From contig JAOSKK010000012.1 in the NCBI GenBank assembly GCA_027493615.1, positions 228,644-292,643 of the forward strand: a stretch of DNA of 64,000 nt. Reading direction: 5' to 3'. A model generated the notes under the pieces. That model was not told the DNA's origin. It saw only the letters and a list, made by a program, of their open reading frames with translations, and searched no databases. The translations under genes were made by a program, and so were the position numbers. Origin of the DNA: Verrucomicrobiota bacterium. GTDB taxonomy: Bacteria; Verrucomicrobiota; Verrucomicrobiia; Limisphaerales; J093. Below are positions 54,702-64,000 of this stretch, one piece after another (positions within the stretch are counted from its first letter, which is position 1; each line of letters begins with the position of its first letter).

Positions 54702-55907
54702 TGGAAACCCCGCCTCCGAATGCACGTCCCCGCTGGCTCAACCGCACGGTGCTGGGGATCGGCCTGGCCTCGCTGTTGAGCGATTGGTCCCATGAGATCG
54801 CCACGGCCGTTCTCCCCCGCGTTCCTGGCCGTGATGGGAGCGGCGCCCGTGTGGCTGGGAGTGATCGAAGGGGTCTCGGATGGCCTCTCCAGCTTTGCCA
54901 AGATGGCCAGCGGCTATTACACGGATCGGCTCCGCCGCCGCAAACCGATCGCCGTGGCGGGCTACCTGATGACCGCCCTGGGCACCGCCTCCTTCGGGCT
55001 GGCTTCGGCCGCCTGGCACGTCCTGCTGGCCCGCTCGCTGGCCTGGCTCGGACGCGGCGTCCGCACCCCCGTCCGCAAGGCGCTGCTGGCGGGTGCCGTG
55101 ACGCGGGAGACCTACGGACGGGCCTTTGGGTTCGAGCGGATGCTGGACACCTGCGGGGCAATCGTCGGCCCGGCCACGGCCATTCTGCTGTTGAGCGCTC
55201 TCGGTCACCACTACCCCGCCCTCTTTGCCTGGACGCTGGTGCCCGGCTTGCTGGCCGTCGGGTTGATCGCGTTCGTGGTCATCGAGAAGGAGCGGCGACC
55301 GGTGAAGCACCTTGCCTTCGGGGCGAGCCTGAAGGCGTTGCCGAAGCCATTTCGGGGTTTGCTGCTGGCGGTGGGAGTCTTCGGTGCCGGAGACTTTGCC
55401 CACAGCCTGTTGATCCTGCTGGCGACGCAGCGGCTGACCCCGACGCTGGGAGCGGCCCGGGCCGCGAGCCTCGCGGTGGGCCTGTACCTGTTTCACAATG
55501 TGCTCTACGCGGTCTTTGCGTTCGTGGCCGGATGGCTCGCCGACCGGCTCGAAAAGCGACGCTTGCTGGCCGGCGGCTACGCGCTGGCGGCCGTGATGGC
55601 GGGCGCCATCATCGCGCTGCCGGCGAACGTCTGGACGCTCGCCCTGGTGTTCGGGTTGGGCGGGGTGTACGTGGCGGTGGAGGAAACCCTGGAAGACTCG
55701 CTTTGCGCGGAACTCGTGGACGAGGCGCACCACGGCATGGCCTTCGGAGCACTGGCGACGGTGAACGGCATCGGCGACTTCCTCTCGAGCGTGGTGGTGG
55801 GTGCGCTCTGGACGTGGGCTGGCACAACGGCCGCCTTCAGCTACTGCGCGCTCCTGTTCCTGGCGGGTGCGGTGCTGGTGCTGCGCGTTCGCACCGCGGA
55901 GAGGTGA
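54701..55907 (+). CDS. MFS transporter (frameshift near 54815)
   Basis: SLLSDWSHE, DRLRRRKP, GRGVRTP, GRAFGFERMLDTCGA, GWLADRL. Confidence 0.9.
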
Positions 55908-56095
55908 ACCGGGCCGGTCCCTACACCCTTGCCGAAACGGTCCGGTTCCTCGAGTTGACCACCTGCCACCACGGTCCGCGCGCTGACCGTGCCGCGGATC
56001 AGGGCGTCTCAGAAGGCGCCGCCCAACCACCTCCAGGGTTTCATCGGCATAGGAGGAACTACCGGTCCGTTTGAGGGTGAGTCCCCGCGAGAACG

Positions 56096-56620
56096 CTAAT
56101 CGCGTTCAAGGGTGAACAGACGCTTGGGCGCATCGCGTCGGAGTTCGACGTGGGTGTCGATGAAAACCGCGTTGGCCCGGCCCTTGCCCGTCTTGGGGCC
56201 TTTGACGCCGCGATCGGTTTCCGCGCTGCGCTCGCTGCCGATGTTCTCCTCCCGCTGCGCCTTCTGGATGCTCGACGGGCAGATGAAGACGCCCTTGCCC
56301 GAGACGTTCGTGCGACTTCCCAGGTAGGGCTGCAACTGACGGTACCAGATCGGAAAGAGGGTGGTGCCGAAGCCGTCGGCGGGTGGCCAGCCAATCGGGT
56401 ACACCTGATGGTCCTGGTCATACAGGGTCGACGCGATGATGAGCTGCCGCAGGTTGCTCTGGCAGGTGGCGGACTTGCCCTTGTCCCGGGCGCGGGCCAA
56501 GGCTGGCAGCAACAGGCTGCCGAGGATGGCGATGATGGCAATCACGACCAGCAACTCGATCAGCGTGAACGCCAACGGTTGCTGCCGCGCTGGCCTGCCA
56601 CTTTCAGGCCCTCGAATCAT
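56096..56620 (-). CDS. Prepilin-type N-terminal cleavage/methylation (DUF1559-like) protein, apparently internally shortened
   Basis: AFTLIELLVVIAIIAIL...LLPAL...CQSNLRQL, FICPS, and a degenerate C-terminal GRANAVFIDTHVE. Confidence 0.8.
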   Translation of the reverse strand: MIRGPESGRPARQQPLAFTLIELLVVIAIIAILGSLLLPALARARDKGKSATCQSNLRQLIIASTLYDQDHQVYPIGWPPADGFGTTLFPIWYRQLQPYLGSRTNVSGKGVFICPSSIQKAQREENIGSERSAETDRGVKGPKTGKGRANAVFIDTHVELRRDAPKRLFTLERD

Positions 56621-56824
56621 ATCGCTGTGGCTGAAGGCTTCTTCAGTGCCGGACTCCGGACGCCCGCAGGGTTCCCGCTCAAGGCTGCCGCCAGCACGTT
56701 GATGCGGTTCCCTACCGGCGGGGGTCCTGCTTGTCAACCGCCGATCAGCGCGGGCAGTGAGAACGTGAGAACCCTCCCGGACACCGTCCGTAGCCGGCTC
56801 TCGACGCATCCCCGCGTGGCGGGA

Positions 56825-57063
56825 TGGACAAGGCCGGTTTCGGTCGTTCCTGCCGGCGGCGTTGCGCCATTGCCTGGCGGATGAATGGGACAACGAACGC
56901 GCCCGGAAACGAGGCGGTGGTGTCGAGGTGATCTCACTTAACGAGACCGGCGCCGAGGAGTGCTATCCGCGCGAAACCGGTCAGGACGGTGGCCGTGTCT
57001 CCCGACGGCAAACGCGTTGCCACCGGCGGTCTGGACCGGGCGATCCGCCTCCGGGACATCGCC
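56825..57063 (+). pseudogene. Fused fragments of an ECF sigma factor and a WD40 repeat
   Basis: GRFRSFL...LADEWD...KRGGGVEVISL (ECF-like) directly followed by VRTVAVSPDGKRVATGGLDRAIRL (WD40); no intact start or end. Confidence 0.6.
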
Positions 57064-57092
57064 GTCCAATGCGTTCGGCCGGGCGCACAGCG

Positions 57093-57125
57093 AAAAGGGG
57101 AGCAGGCGCAGGCCCGCTCCCCTTT
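57093..57125 (-). terminator. Intrinsic terminator of the surface-protein gene
   Basis: Stem AAAGGGGAGC / GCTCCCCTTT with a T-run on the minus strand, about 22 nt after the stop at 57148. Confidence 0.7.
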
Positions 57126-57147
57126 GTGCGGATCGACGTTCAGACGC

Positions 57148-59556
57148 TCACTGCCGAATCCGGCCGAAGAGCATGGCCGCGTTCGGCGTGAAGGTGTACG
57201 GGCTCGTGGCGCCCGTCACGGTTTGCCACGGACCAAGCACCGTCGGCGCGGCCTCCAGCGTGCCTCCGCCGGCCCACTCGATGGTAACGGTGCCGTCCGT
57301 GTTCCGCCGGACACCGGTGATTTCCGGAGCAGCAGTCGCCGCTGGCGTGAACAGGAGGAAGTCCCAGTCCCCGTTGCGGTCGTTGTACCGGAAGGTCGTG
57401 GGGCCGCCCAGATTGAGCGCCAACACGGTGCTGGTGGTGGCGGCGTCCTTCAGCGGCACGAGGGCATTATTGCCCCAGCCGCCGGGTGCCGATCCGTTGA
57501 AGGCGCCGAGAATGGTCTCGGTCCCGCCGGACACGGTCGCGAGGGTGCCGCCGATGCTGGCATTGGCGTCGCCGTGGGAGAGCCCGGCGTAGACGTTGTA
57601 CGTGCCGGCCGGGATGTTACGCGTGTAGTTGAACCACTGGCTGCTGCCCATCCACCCGATGCGGAAGTTCACGTTCACTTCGCCACCGCCGCGGTCGCGG
57701 TCATTGGCGAAGCTGAAGGGAACCCGCAGCGTGTTGGGATAGCGATAGTAGGGGTTGCTGCTCTCGAAGGGGGCTTTGTAGTCCGTCCCTGCGGTGGCGC
57801 TGAGTCCGGCGTACGCGCCGCCCATGTAGGGCATGATGCTGGCCTCGGCCCTGGTTTGGCCGCCATTGTAGTCGAAGTCCGACGCTTCAATCCAGAAGGT
57901 CGGGGTGGCGGGCAAGCCGACGGCGAAGGTCCAGCTCACCGTGCGGTCGCCGAAGGTCACGTCCACGTTGTAGCTGCTGCCCATGGCGAATCCCGCCGCG
58001 GGCTTGTAACTGATGGTGGTCTCGGTGCCGGACTTGGTCGCCGTGGGGGTCACGGCGGTGCCGTTGATTCTCATCGAAACTGTGTTGACGTCCACCGGGG
58101 TCGAGCCGTCCACCAACACCAGCTTCACCGTGGCGTCGGGGCCGGCACGGCCCGTGCTCCCGGCGGAGTCGAGGCTGCTGCGCCCCGGGGCGAAGCTCTT
58201 GACGTAAGTGGGGCCCGTCGAGTTGATCGGGTACTGGTAGGCCTTGATCGCAGTTGCTCCGGCAATCAAGGGGTCATCCACGTTGATGAGGATCTTGCCC
58301 ATCTGATCGGGCAGGCCGTCCTTGGTGATCTGGAACCATTCAACGTTGTGGCCGCCGCCGCCCTGTTCGAACACCATGCGGAAGGGGTACAGACCGGCCT
58401 GGGTGATCTTGACGCTGAACTTGGTGAAACCCCAGTTGTCAGCGCCGCGTCCACCGTTGTACTCCCCGCAGACGACCGGCAGGGTGTAGGCTTCTTTGCC
58501 GTCACCGACGATGACCCGAAAGCCGTCATCGCTGTTGACGCCCATGTGGTAGGTGCCGGGTTGCAGATCCAGCACCGTGCGGATTTCGAGGGCATAATTG
58601 GCGTTGCCGGTTTCCAGGGTGGCGCTGCCAGGGATGCCGGGCATGTTCGGGGCGGCCGCGCCGCCATACCAGCCGTCGTCAACGAAGTTGCCGATGTTGC
58701 CAGTGGCGCCGTTGTAGTTGATGCCAGCGGTTTCCACATAGGAGCCGCCGGGGCCGGTGAAGGCGGTGAGGTCGGCCGTGTTGGGCCAGCCAAACAAGTT
58801 GTGCACCATGGCTTCGGCGATGGCCGTCGAGTTGCCGGGGCTGTTCTCTGCGGTGGCCCCGTTGTTGAGGATGGCGGTCTGCCAGGTCTTGATGAGGAAG
58901 CCCCGGTTGCCAGTGTTCACATCCGCCGCCTTGAGCGCCATGCTCGGAGGAACCGCCGCTCCACCCGTGACGGTGAAGGTGTTGGAACCGCTATACGAAC
59001 TGGCTCCGTCGGTGAAGGTGACAGTGAGGGTATTGTTGCCCGCCGGGAGCACGCCAGCCGGGGTGTACACCGCCTTGCTCACCTTGCCGCTCTTGGTGAT
59101 CACGGGGGTGACCTCCGAGCCATTGAGCAGCAGCTTGATGTTGCTCACCGCGACGGCGCCGTCGGTGATCTCGACCACGAGAGGTGCGCCCGCCAGGAAC
59201 GGGCGGCCGGAACCGCGCGGGGGATCCACGAAGGACACGGCCGCCGGCATGGGGCCATTGTTGACGGCATAGGCCTTCAGCGCGCCGGGGGTGCCGGTGT
59301 CGTTCACCAGGGCCCTGACGCCATCTTCGTTGATCGCGAAGAACTCGAGGTTCGCCCCGCCCCCGCCTTCCATCCAGATCATCCGGAACCCGAAGGTGCC
59401 CGGCGTCGGGACATAAACCCAGCCCAGGGTATCGGAGGCGCCGCGGCCGTTGTCGAACTGTGCGACGATCGGCGAATTGAGCTGCTCCAACGGATTGGCG
59501 AAGGCGGTCATGCGGAAACCGTCGTCGCTGTTGAAACCCATCTGGTACGACCCTGC
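57148..59556 (-). CDS. Large extracellular protein with PA14-like and CBM-like domains, 5'-truncated
   Basis: Two NSDDGF PA14-type motifs, WIEASDFDY...WFNYTR, and a C-terminal TIEW...LE...GPW...FGRIRQ domain. The frame begins mid-domain (AGSYQMGFNSDDGF) with no signal peptide. Confidence 0.75.
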   Translation of the reverse strand, partial: AGSYQMGFNSDDGFRMTAFANPLEQLNSPIVAQFDNGRGASDTLGWVYVPTPGTFGFRMIWMEGGGGANLEFFAINEDGVRALVNDTGTPGALKAYAVNNGPMPAAVSFVDPPRGSGRPFLAGAPLVVEITDGAVAVSNIKLLLNGSEVTPVITKSGKVSKAVYTPAGVLPAGNNTLTVTFTDGASSYSGSNTFTVTGGAAVPPSMALKAADVNTGNRGFLIKTWQTAILNNGATAENSPGNSTAIAEAMVHNLFGWPNTADLTAFTGPGGSYVETAGINYNGATGNIGNFVDDGWYGGAAAPNMPGIPGSATLETGNANYALEIRTVLDLQPGTYHMGVNSDDGFRVIVGDGKEAYTLPVVCGEYNGGRGADNWGFTKFSVKITQAGLYPFRMVFEQGGGGHNVEWFQITKDGLPDQMGKILINVDDPLIAGATAIKAYQYPINSTGPTYVKSFAPGRSSLDSAGSTGRAGPDATVKLVLVDGSTPVDVNTVSMRINGTAVTPTATKSGTETTISYKPAAGFAMGSSYNVDVTFGDRTVSWTFAVGLPATPTFWIEASDFDYNGGQTRAEASIMPYMGGAYAGLSATAGTDYKAPFESSNPYYRYPNTLRVPFSFANDRDRGGGEVNVNFRIGWMGSSQWFNYTRNIPAGTYNVYAGLSHGDANASIGGTLATVSGGTETILGAFNGSAPGGWGNNALVPLKDAATTSTVLALNLGGPTTFRYNDRNGDWDFLLFTPAATAAPEITGVRRNTDGTVTIEWAGGGTLEAAPTVLGPWQTVTGATSPYTFTPNAAMLFGRIRQ

Positions 59557-61864
59557 TTATCCGCCTCCGGCTCCCGGGGCGGGGCGGACGGTTGGGCGGC
59601 CGATTCGAGGGAGCGGAGGTACTCGGCGGCTTTCGCATTCGCCGGGTCCAACGTAAGCGTGATGCGGAACTGAATGGCCGCCTCATTCAGGCGACCCAGT
59701 TTGGCCAGGGAAATGCCGAGATTCAGGTGGCCCAGGGCGAAATCCGGCCGGAGCCGGACGGTTTCAGCAAACCGTTCGCGCGCTTCCTCGATGCTTTCCT
59801 GCACGGCCAGTTCGACGCCCAGGAGGTAATGGGCTTCCCAAAGGGAGGGATGGAGGGCGATGGCTTGCCGAAGCGTCTGGATGGCCGCCGGGCGCCGGCC
59901 TTGGGCGGCGAGGACGTCGGCCAACCGCAGCAAGGCGACCGGGTTCGCCGGTTGCCGGCGGAGCACCGAACGATACTCGGCCACGGCGAGGTCGGTCTGC
60001 CCGCGGCGAGCGTGGGTTTGGGCCAGTTCGAGGCGCGCCTCGGTGAAGTCGGGCCGCAAGGAGAGGGCTGTGCGCAGGTGGCGTTCGGCAGCGGGGAACT
60101 GACCGAGGCGGCTGTACATGCGGGCCAGGTGGTAATAGGGCAGGCAATGGTGGGGGGATGAGTTCGCGGATGCGTTCCCACTGCTGCGCGGCCTCGGCAT
60201 ACTCGGCGGTCGCTTCGAGGAACTCGGCGTAGTTCTCGCGCACGCGAAAATCGTTGGGAGCCAGAACCAGGGCCTCGTCGTAGAGGGCGCGTGCGTCGAA
60301 GAAGCTGCGGGGCTGCATTTCGGCCTTGAGCCGGACGAGGTCGGCTTGGAGGGCGCGGACGCGCGAGAAGTTACCGAGCTGGTTGGTAAAAGGCGCGTCT
60401 TGCAGGCGCTGCAACACGCCTTCGAGAACAGCGAACCGGTTCCAGTCCGTGAGTCCGAGGCGGCGGGCACAGGTGTCCTGGTCGAGCCAGTCATTACGGG
60501 GACTCGCCAGAACCTGGGGCGGAAGCAAGGGCTCGATCTGGTTGGCCAGGGCGCGGGCCAGCCGGTAATTGCCGTCGAAGTTCAGATGGACGTGCTCGAA
60601 GAACACCTCGCCGCCGGGGCTGCGGCCCGGGGCGTCGGCGGACAGGACGGCGTCGGCATCGAAGAGCGTGACGCCGCGCGAGGCATGGCGTTGGGCGAGG
60701 GAACGGAGGATCTGATTCAGGCGGGAATCGGCGCGGAAGGGCAGGGCATCGTAATCGCGCGCGGCCTCGAAGGCACTTCGGGCGGCATCGGTGTTGGTCA
60801 CGGCCAGCCAACCGTGTCCCAATCGGAAATGGAACTCCGCGTGGCCGGGATCCAAGGCCAGGGCGGTTTGGTAGGCGGTCAGGGCCTGGGGAAGTCCTGC
60901 TGGGTGAGGGCTGCTTGGGCTTGGGCGCCGAGTTCGGTCACCCGGGCCCGCTTCGATGCTTCCAAGTCCGGGTTGGGGAAGGACGCGAAGGGGGCACACT
61001 CGCGGAGGTTGCAGGCGGGCACGCTCAGCAAGATGGGAACTTGGGCTCGGTGGCCGACGTTGAGGAGGTCCTCAAGGTTCCGTTCGAAATTGCGGTACAC
61101 GGTTTCCTTGGCGGGCGCGGCCGGGGGACGAGGTGCTGCGCCATGGTCTTCATGCCCGCCCAAGCACGGGCGGCACGGTCGGTGCCCGAGGCGCGGTCGA
61201 GTCCGGCGGCGAGGAGTTGGCCGATCCGAGTGGTCTTGAGGGCGAGGAGGGTGCGGACGACGCGCCAGGAGGGGGCGCGAAGACCAAACGGGTTGGCGAC
61301 GCCGAACGGGCCCTCCATTTCGTTATGGCCCAGGTAGAGGATCCAGAGGTCGCCGTCGAGGGCGGCGCATTCGCGGGCGATGGGGAGCAGGGCGTGGGAG
61401 TTAACGGCGGTGGCCGCCGCGCAGACCACCTCGAACCGGACACCAGGGAAGCGCTCGTTCAAGAGCAGTTCGAGATGGCGACCGACCCCATACGCCGGTC
61501 GGGGATCCCCCAGGGCCGCGGACTCTCCGAAGAGGAACACGCGATAGGTACCGGGGGTTTGGCGGCGGCGAGGACGGTGGGCGCCGGGCTGCGGGCGATC
61601 TCCGGCGGGAAGAAGCGCCAGGCGAACTTCGCGTTTTCGACCAGCACCGCCCGACCCTGGATCGTCGCCGGGAGGAAGAAGCGGGTAGGGTAGCCGTAAC
61701 CGGTCAGGCGAAGCGTGCACTCGAGGCCGCCGACCAGCAGGAAGGGCAGCAGGAAAGCGGCGAGTCGAAACGCACGACGCCGCTGAGCGGAAACCGGGGC
61801 TGCGACCGCAGCGGAGAGCGGGGTTGGCCCCGGGGTGAGCGGGGGGTGACTGCGGGTCGCTCAT
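59557..61864 (-). CDS. Membrane-anchored SGNH-like plus tetratricopeptide-repeat protein (several frameshifts)
   Basis: N-terminal TM segment, GYGYP, FLFGESAALG, YLGHNE, FFEHVHLNFDGNY, multiple TPR repeats. Confidence 0.8.
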
Positions 61865-62023
61865 GCGTGGCGACGCCCGGCGTTTAGGTCTCCGCGACAA
61901 CGTCGCGAGGCTAGCAAGGTGGGACGGGACGGGGGAGAGAAATCAGCCGCAGGCAATCCGCAGGGAGGCATGTCACGCACCTGCATTGCCGTTGCTGCAC
62001 GAAGGGCGTCCGCCATCGTCGCA

Positions 62024-62058
62024 GTAGGAGGAGCCTGCGGAGGCAGGTTTCCCCCTAC
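62024..62058. repeat. GTAG-footed hairpin (REP-like)
   Basis: GTAGGAGGAGCCTGC-GGAG-GCAGGTTTCCCCCTAC imperfect palindrome in an intergenic region. Confidence 0.5.
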
Positions 62059-62115
62059 ACGTTCTCCGGGGAAGCGTCCTGTTCCTGCCGGACCTGCTCG
62101 GCGGCCGTGAACCTG

Positions 62116-62215
62116 AAAGCGCCGGTAAACCGGACGCACTCCAGACGCTTCGCGCGGAACGGACGAGCTCCGCCCATCGCGCAGCGTCTGGAGTGCGGGG
62201 GTTCACCCCCGCTTT
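62116..62215. repeat. REP-like inverted doublet (GGAGTGC type)
   Basis: GCACTCCAGACGCT (62136-62149) is the exact inverse of AGCGTCTGGAGTGC (62183-62196). Each arm has its own small hairpin, with AAAGCG/CGCTTT outer ends. Confidence 0.75.
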
Positions 62216-62269
62216 TCGTGCTCGGTTCACGGAGAGGGCACGGCGACTCGCCGCTTCCCGGTCCCGGCC

Positions 62270-64000
62270 GTGAGCCGTCCCAGGCCGGGCGCTGCGGCCC
62301 CGACGGCAGGCCTCCCTGAGAATGAGACCGGGGTCCGCGCCGGGAGCTTGGGGCCTGTCGGGGCTTGCCGGTTCGGCGGTGGTGTTCCACAGTGCGTCCC
62401 TCGAACCGGACGCTGGCCATGCGAACTCGCAGGTGCGGTGGGGTGTCAAAGACGCCCCGGTGACCCGGGTGCGTGGCTGGCCACGCCATCCTGGGTCCGC
62501 GCCGGGCTTGCGCTCGGGGTTCTGGTCGGTCTGGTGGAGGTTGCGGCCCTTGAATGGGAAGCGGAGGCCGGCTACCGCAGCGCCCCGCTGAACCCCGAGA
62601 CTTCGGGGCGCCCGGGCTTCCGCCTGCTGCCGCCGGCGGCGACCGGGATCTCCTTCGCCAACGCCATTCCCGAGCAGCGGCATTTGACGAACCAGATCCT
62701 TCTGAACGGGTCTGGGGTGGCGGCTGGGGACGTGGACGGCGATGGCTTGTGTGACGTTTTCTTCGCCGGCCTGGACCGGGGTTGTCGCCTGTATCGGAAC
62801 CTCGGGGGCTGGAAGTTCACAGACATCACGGGGGAGGCGGGTGTGGGGTGTCCGAATGTGACGGCCTCGGGAACGGCCCTCGCGGATCTCGACGGTGACG
62901 GCGATCTGGACTTGGTCGTCAATTCGGTCGGGAACGGGACGCGCGTGTTCTACAACGATGGGCGCGGCCGCTTCCAGCCAGCCCCGTGGCTGCTGAACGA
63001 AGGCAAGGGCGGCACATCGCTGGCGCTCGCCGACGTCGATGGGGATGGCTTCCTGGACCTCTACGTGGCGAATTACCGGACGTCGGCCCTCATGGACATC
63101 GCCCACGCGCGGGCGACGTTTGCCAAGGTCGACGGACGGCTCGAACTCGAGACCCTAAACGGGCGTCCGGTCACGGCGCCCGACTTGACGAACCGCTTTG
63201 TGATGGGTCCCGGGGGCAGCCTTGACGAGCTGGGCGAACCGGACGCGCTCTATCGCAACGCCGGGGGAACGAATTTCGTGGCCCTCCCGTTCACGGGAGG
63301 CCAGTTCCGCGACGAAGACGGACAGGCGTTCTCCCAACCGCTCTTCGAGTGGGCGCTGACGGCGACGTTCCGCGATCTCAACGGCGACACCCTGCCCGAC
63401 CTCTTTGTCTGCAATGATTTTCACACACCAGACCGCCTCTGGCTGAACCAGGGGAGGGCCGCTTCCGACTCGCGCCCCGGCTGGCCTGCGCCGGACCAGT
63501 CTCTTCTCGATGGCGGCGGACTTCGCGGACATCAACCGCGATGGACTTGATGACCTGTTCGTCCTGGACATGCTCAGCCGCGAGCACCCGCAGCGGATGC
63601 GCTACATGTCCGACACGCTGCGCGCGCCGCGCGCGATCGGCACGTTCGACGACCGGCCGCAGGTTGGCCAGAACATGCTGTTTCTGAACCGCGGCGATGG
63701 GACGTTTGCCGAACTGGCCCAACTCAGCGGAGTCGAGGCCGCCGAATGGGCTTGGTCGTGCGTCTTCCTGGACGTGGATCTGGATGGCTGGGAGGATCTG
63801 CTCATCGCCAACGGCATGGAACGGGCCGCCCGGGACATGGACGTCGCCGAGCGGCTCAAGATGCTCCGCGCGACCCGCCGGCTCACCGAGGCGGACGTCT
63901 TCAATGCGCGGCGGATGTACCCACGTCTGGCCACCCCCAACCTTGCCTTCCACAACCGGGGCGACCTCACCTTCGAGGAGGTGGGGGCGGCCTGGGGTTT
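62270..64000 (+). CDS. FG-GAP/VCBS-repeat (CRTAC1/ASPIC-like) secreted protein, partial (frameshifts near 63450-63500)
   Basis: Repeated GDVDGDGLCD, ADLDGDGDLD, ADVDGDGFLDLYV, DLNGDTLPD, DINRDGLDD, DVDLDGWED. True start is probably downstream of 62270. Confidence 0.85.

Noticed and set aside
53459-56074. 871-aa ORF as a single fusion protein
   Set aside because: Mostly off-frame read-through across the frameshifted MOT1-like and MFS genes.
56709-56737. Promoter for the prepilin-type gene (TTGACA-N17-TAGGGA, minus strand)
   Set aside because: The -35 is perfect but the -10 is too poor to support a call.
56989-59673. 894-aa plus-strand ORF
   Set aside because: Antisense shadow of the PA14 surface gene in GC-rich DNA; only its first ~25 residues (WD40 fragment) look real.
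821-63550. Widespread frameshifts read as pseudogenes or programmed frameshifting
   Set aside because: They affect many unrelated genes (glnA, mgtA, rfbG, RND), often at G/C runs and with motifs intact on both sides, which fits sequencing error better.

Overview
GC-rich bacterial DNA, most likely Verrucomicrobiota (inferred from a PEP-CTERM protein, a prepilin-type DUF1559-like gene, futalosine-pathway mqnC, FG-GAP and PA14 surface proteins and lineage-typical REP-like palindromes). Many genes are broken by small indels, often in G/C runs, which looks like long-read consensus error, so split ORFs are merged into single genes here and frameshift positions are approximate. All family calls come from motif recognition, not database searches. 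Left to right: Tat-exported sugar enzymes; mqnC; a Y1/HUH transposase bounded by perfect 21-bp inverted repeats, with related ends elsewhere in the window; a CotH-DUF4956-VTC module; a CDP-3,6-dideoxyhexose/O-antigen cluster with a GNAT-aminotransferase fusion and a split transketolase; an FKBP PPIase; a tRNA(CAT) followed by an hsdR relic. Two things stand out. (1) A tandem pair of orphan Hcp (T6SS tube) genes that both carry Sec-type signal peptides, one also fused to a lectin-like domain. (2) A fluoride riboswitch at 31780-31838 heading a ~24-kb co-directional gene run: ATPase, two dynamin-like GTPases around a phosphoesterase/degenerate-dUTPase fusion, glnA, RND efflux, mgtA, mntH, USP and anion transporters, with no crcB/Fluc or CLC-F gene visible. 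The right end holds deletion scars, a 5'-truncated PA14 surface protein, an SGNH-TPR protein and an FG-GAP protein.
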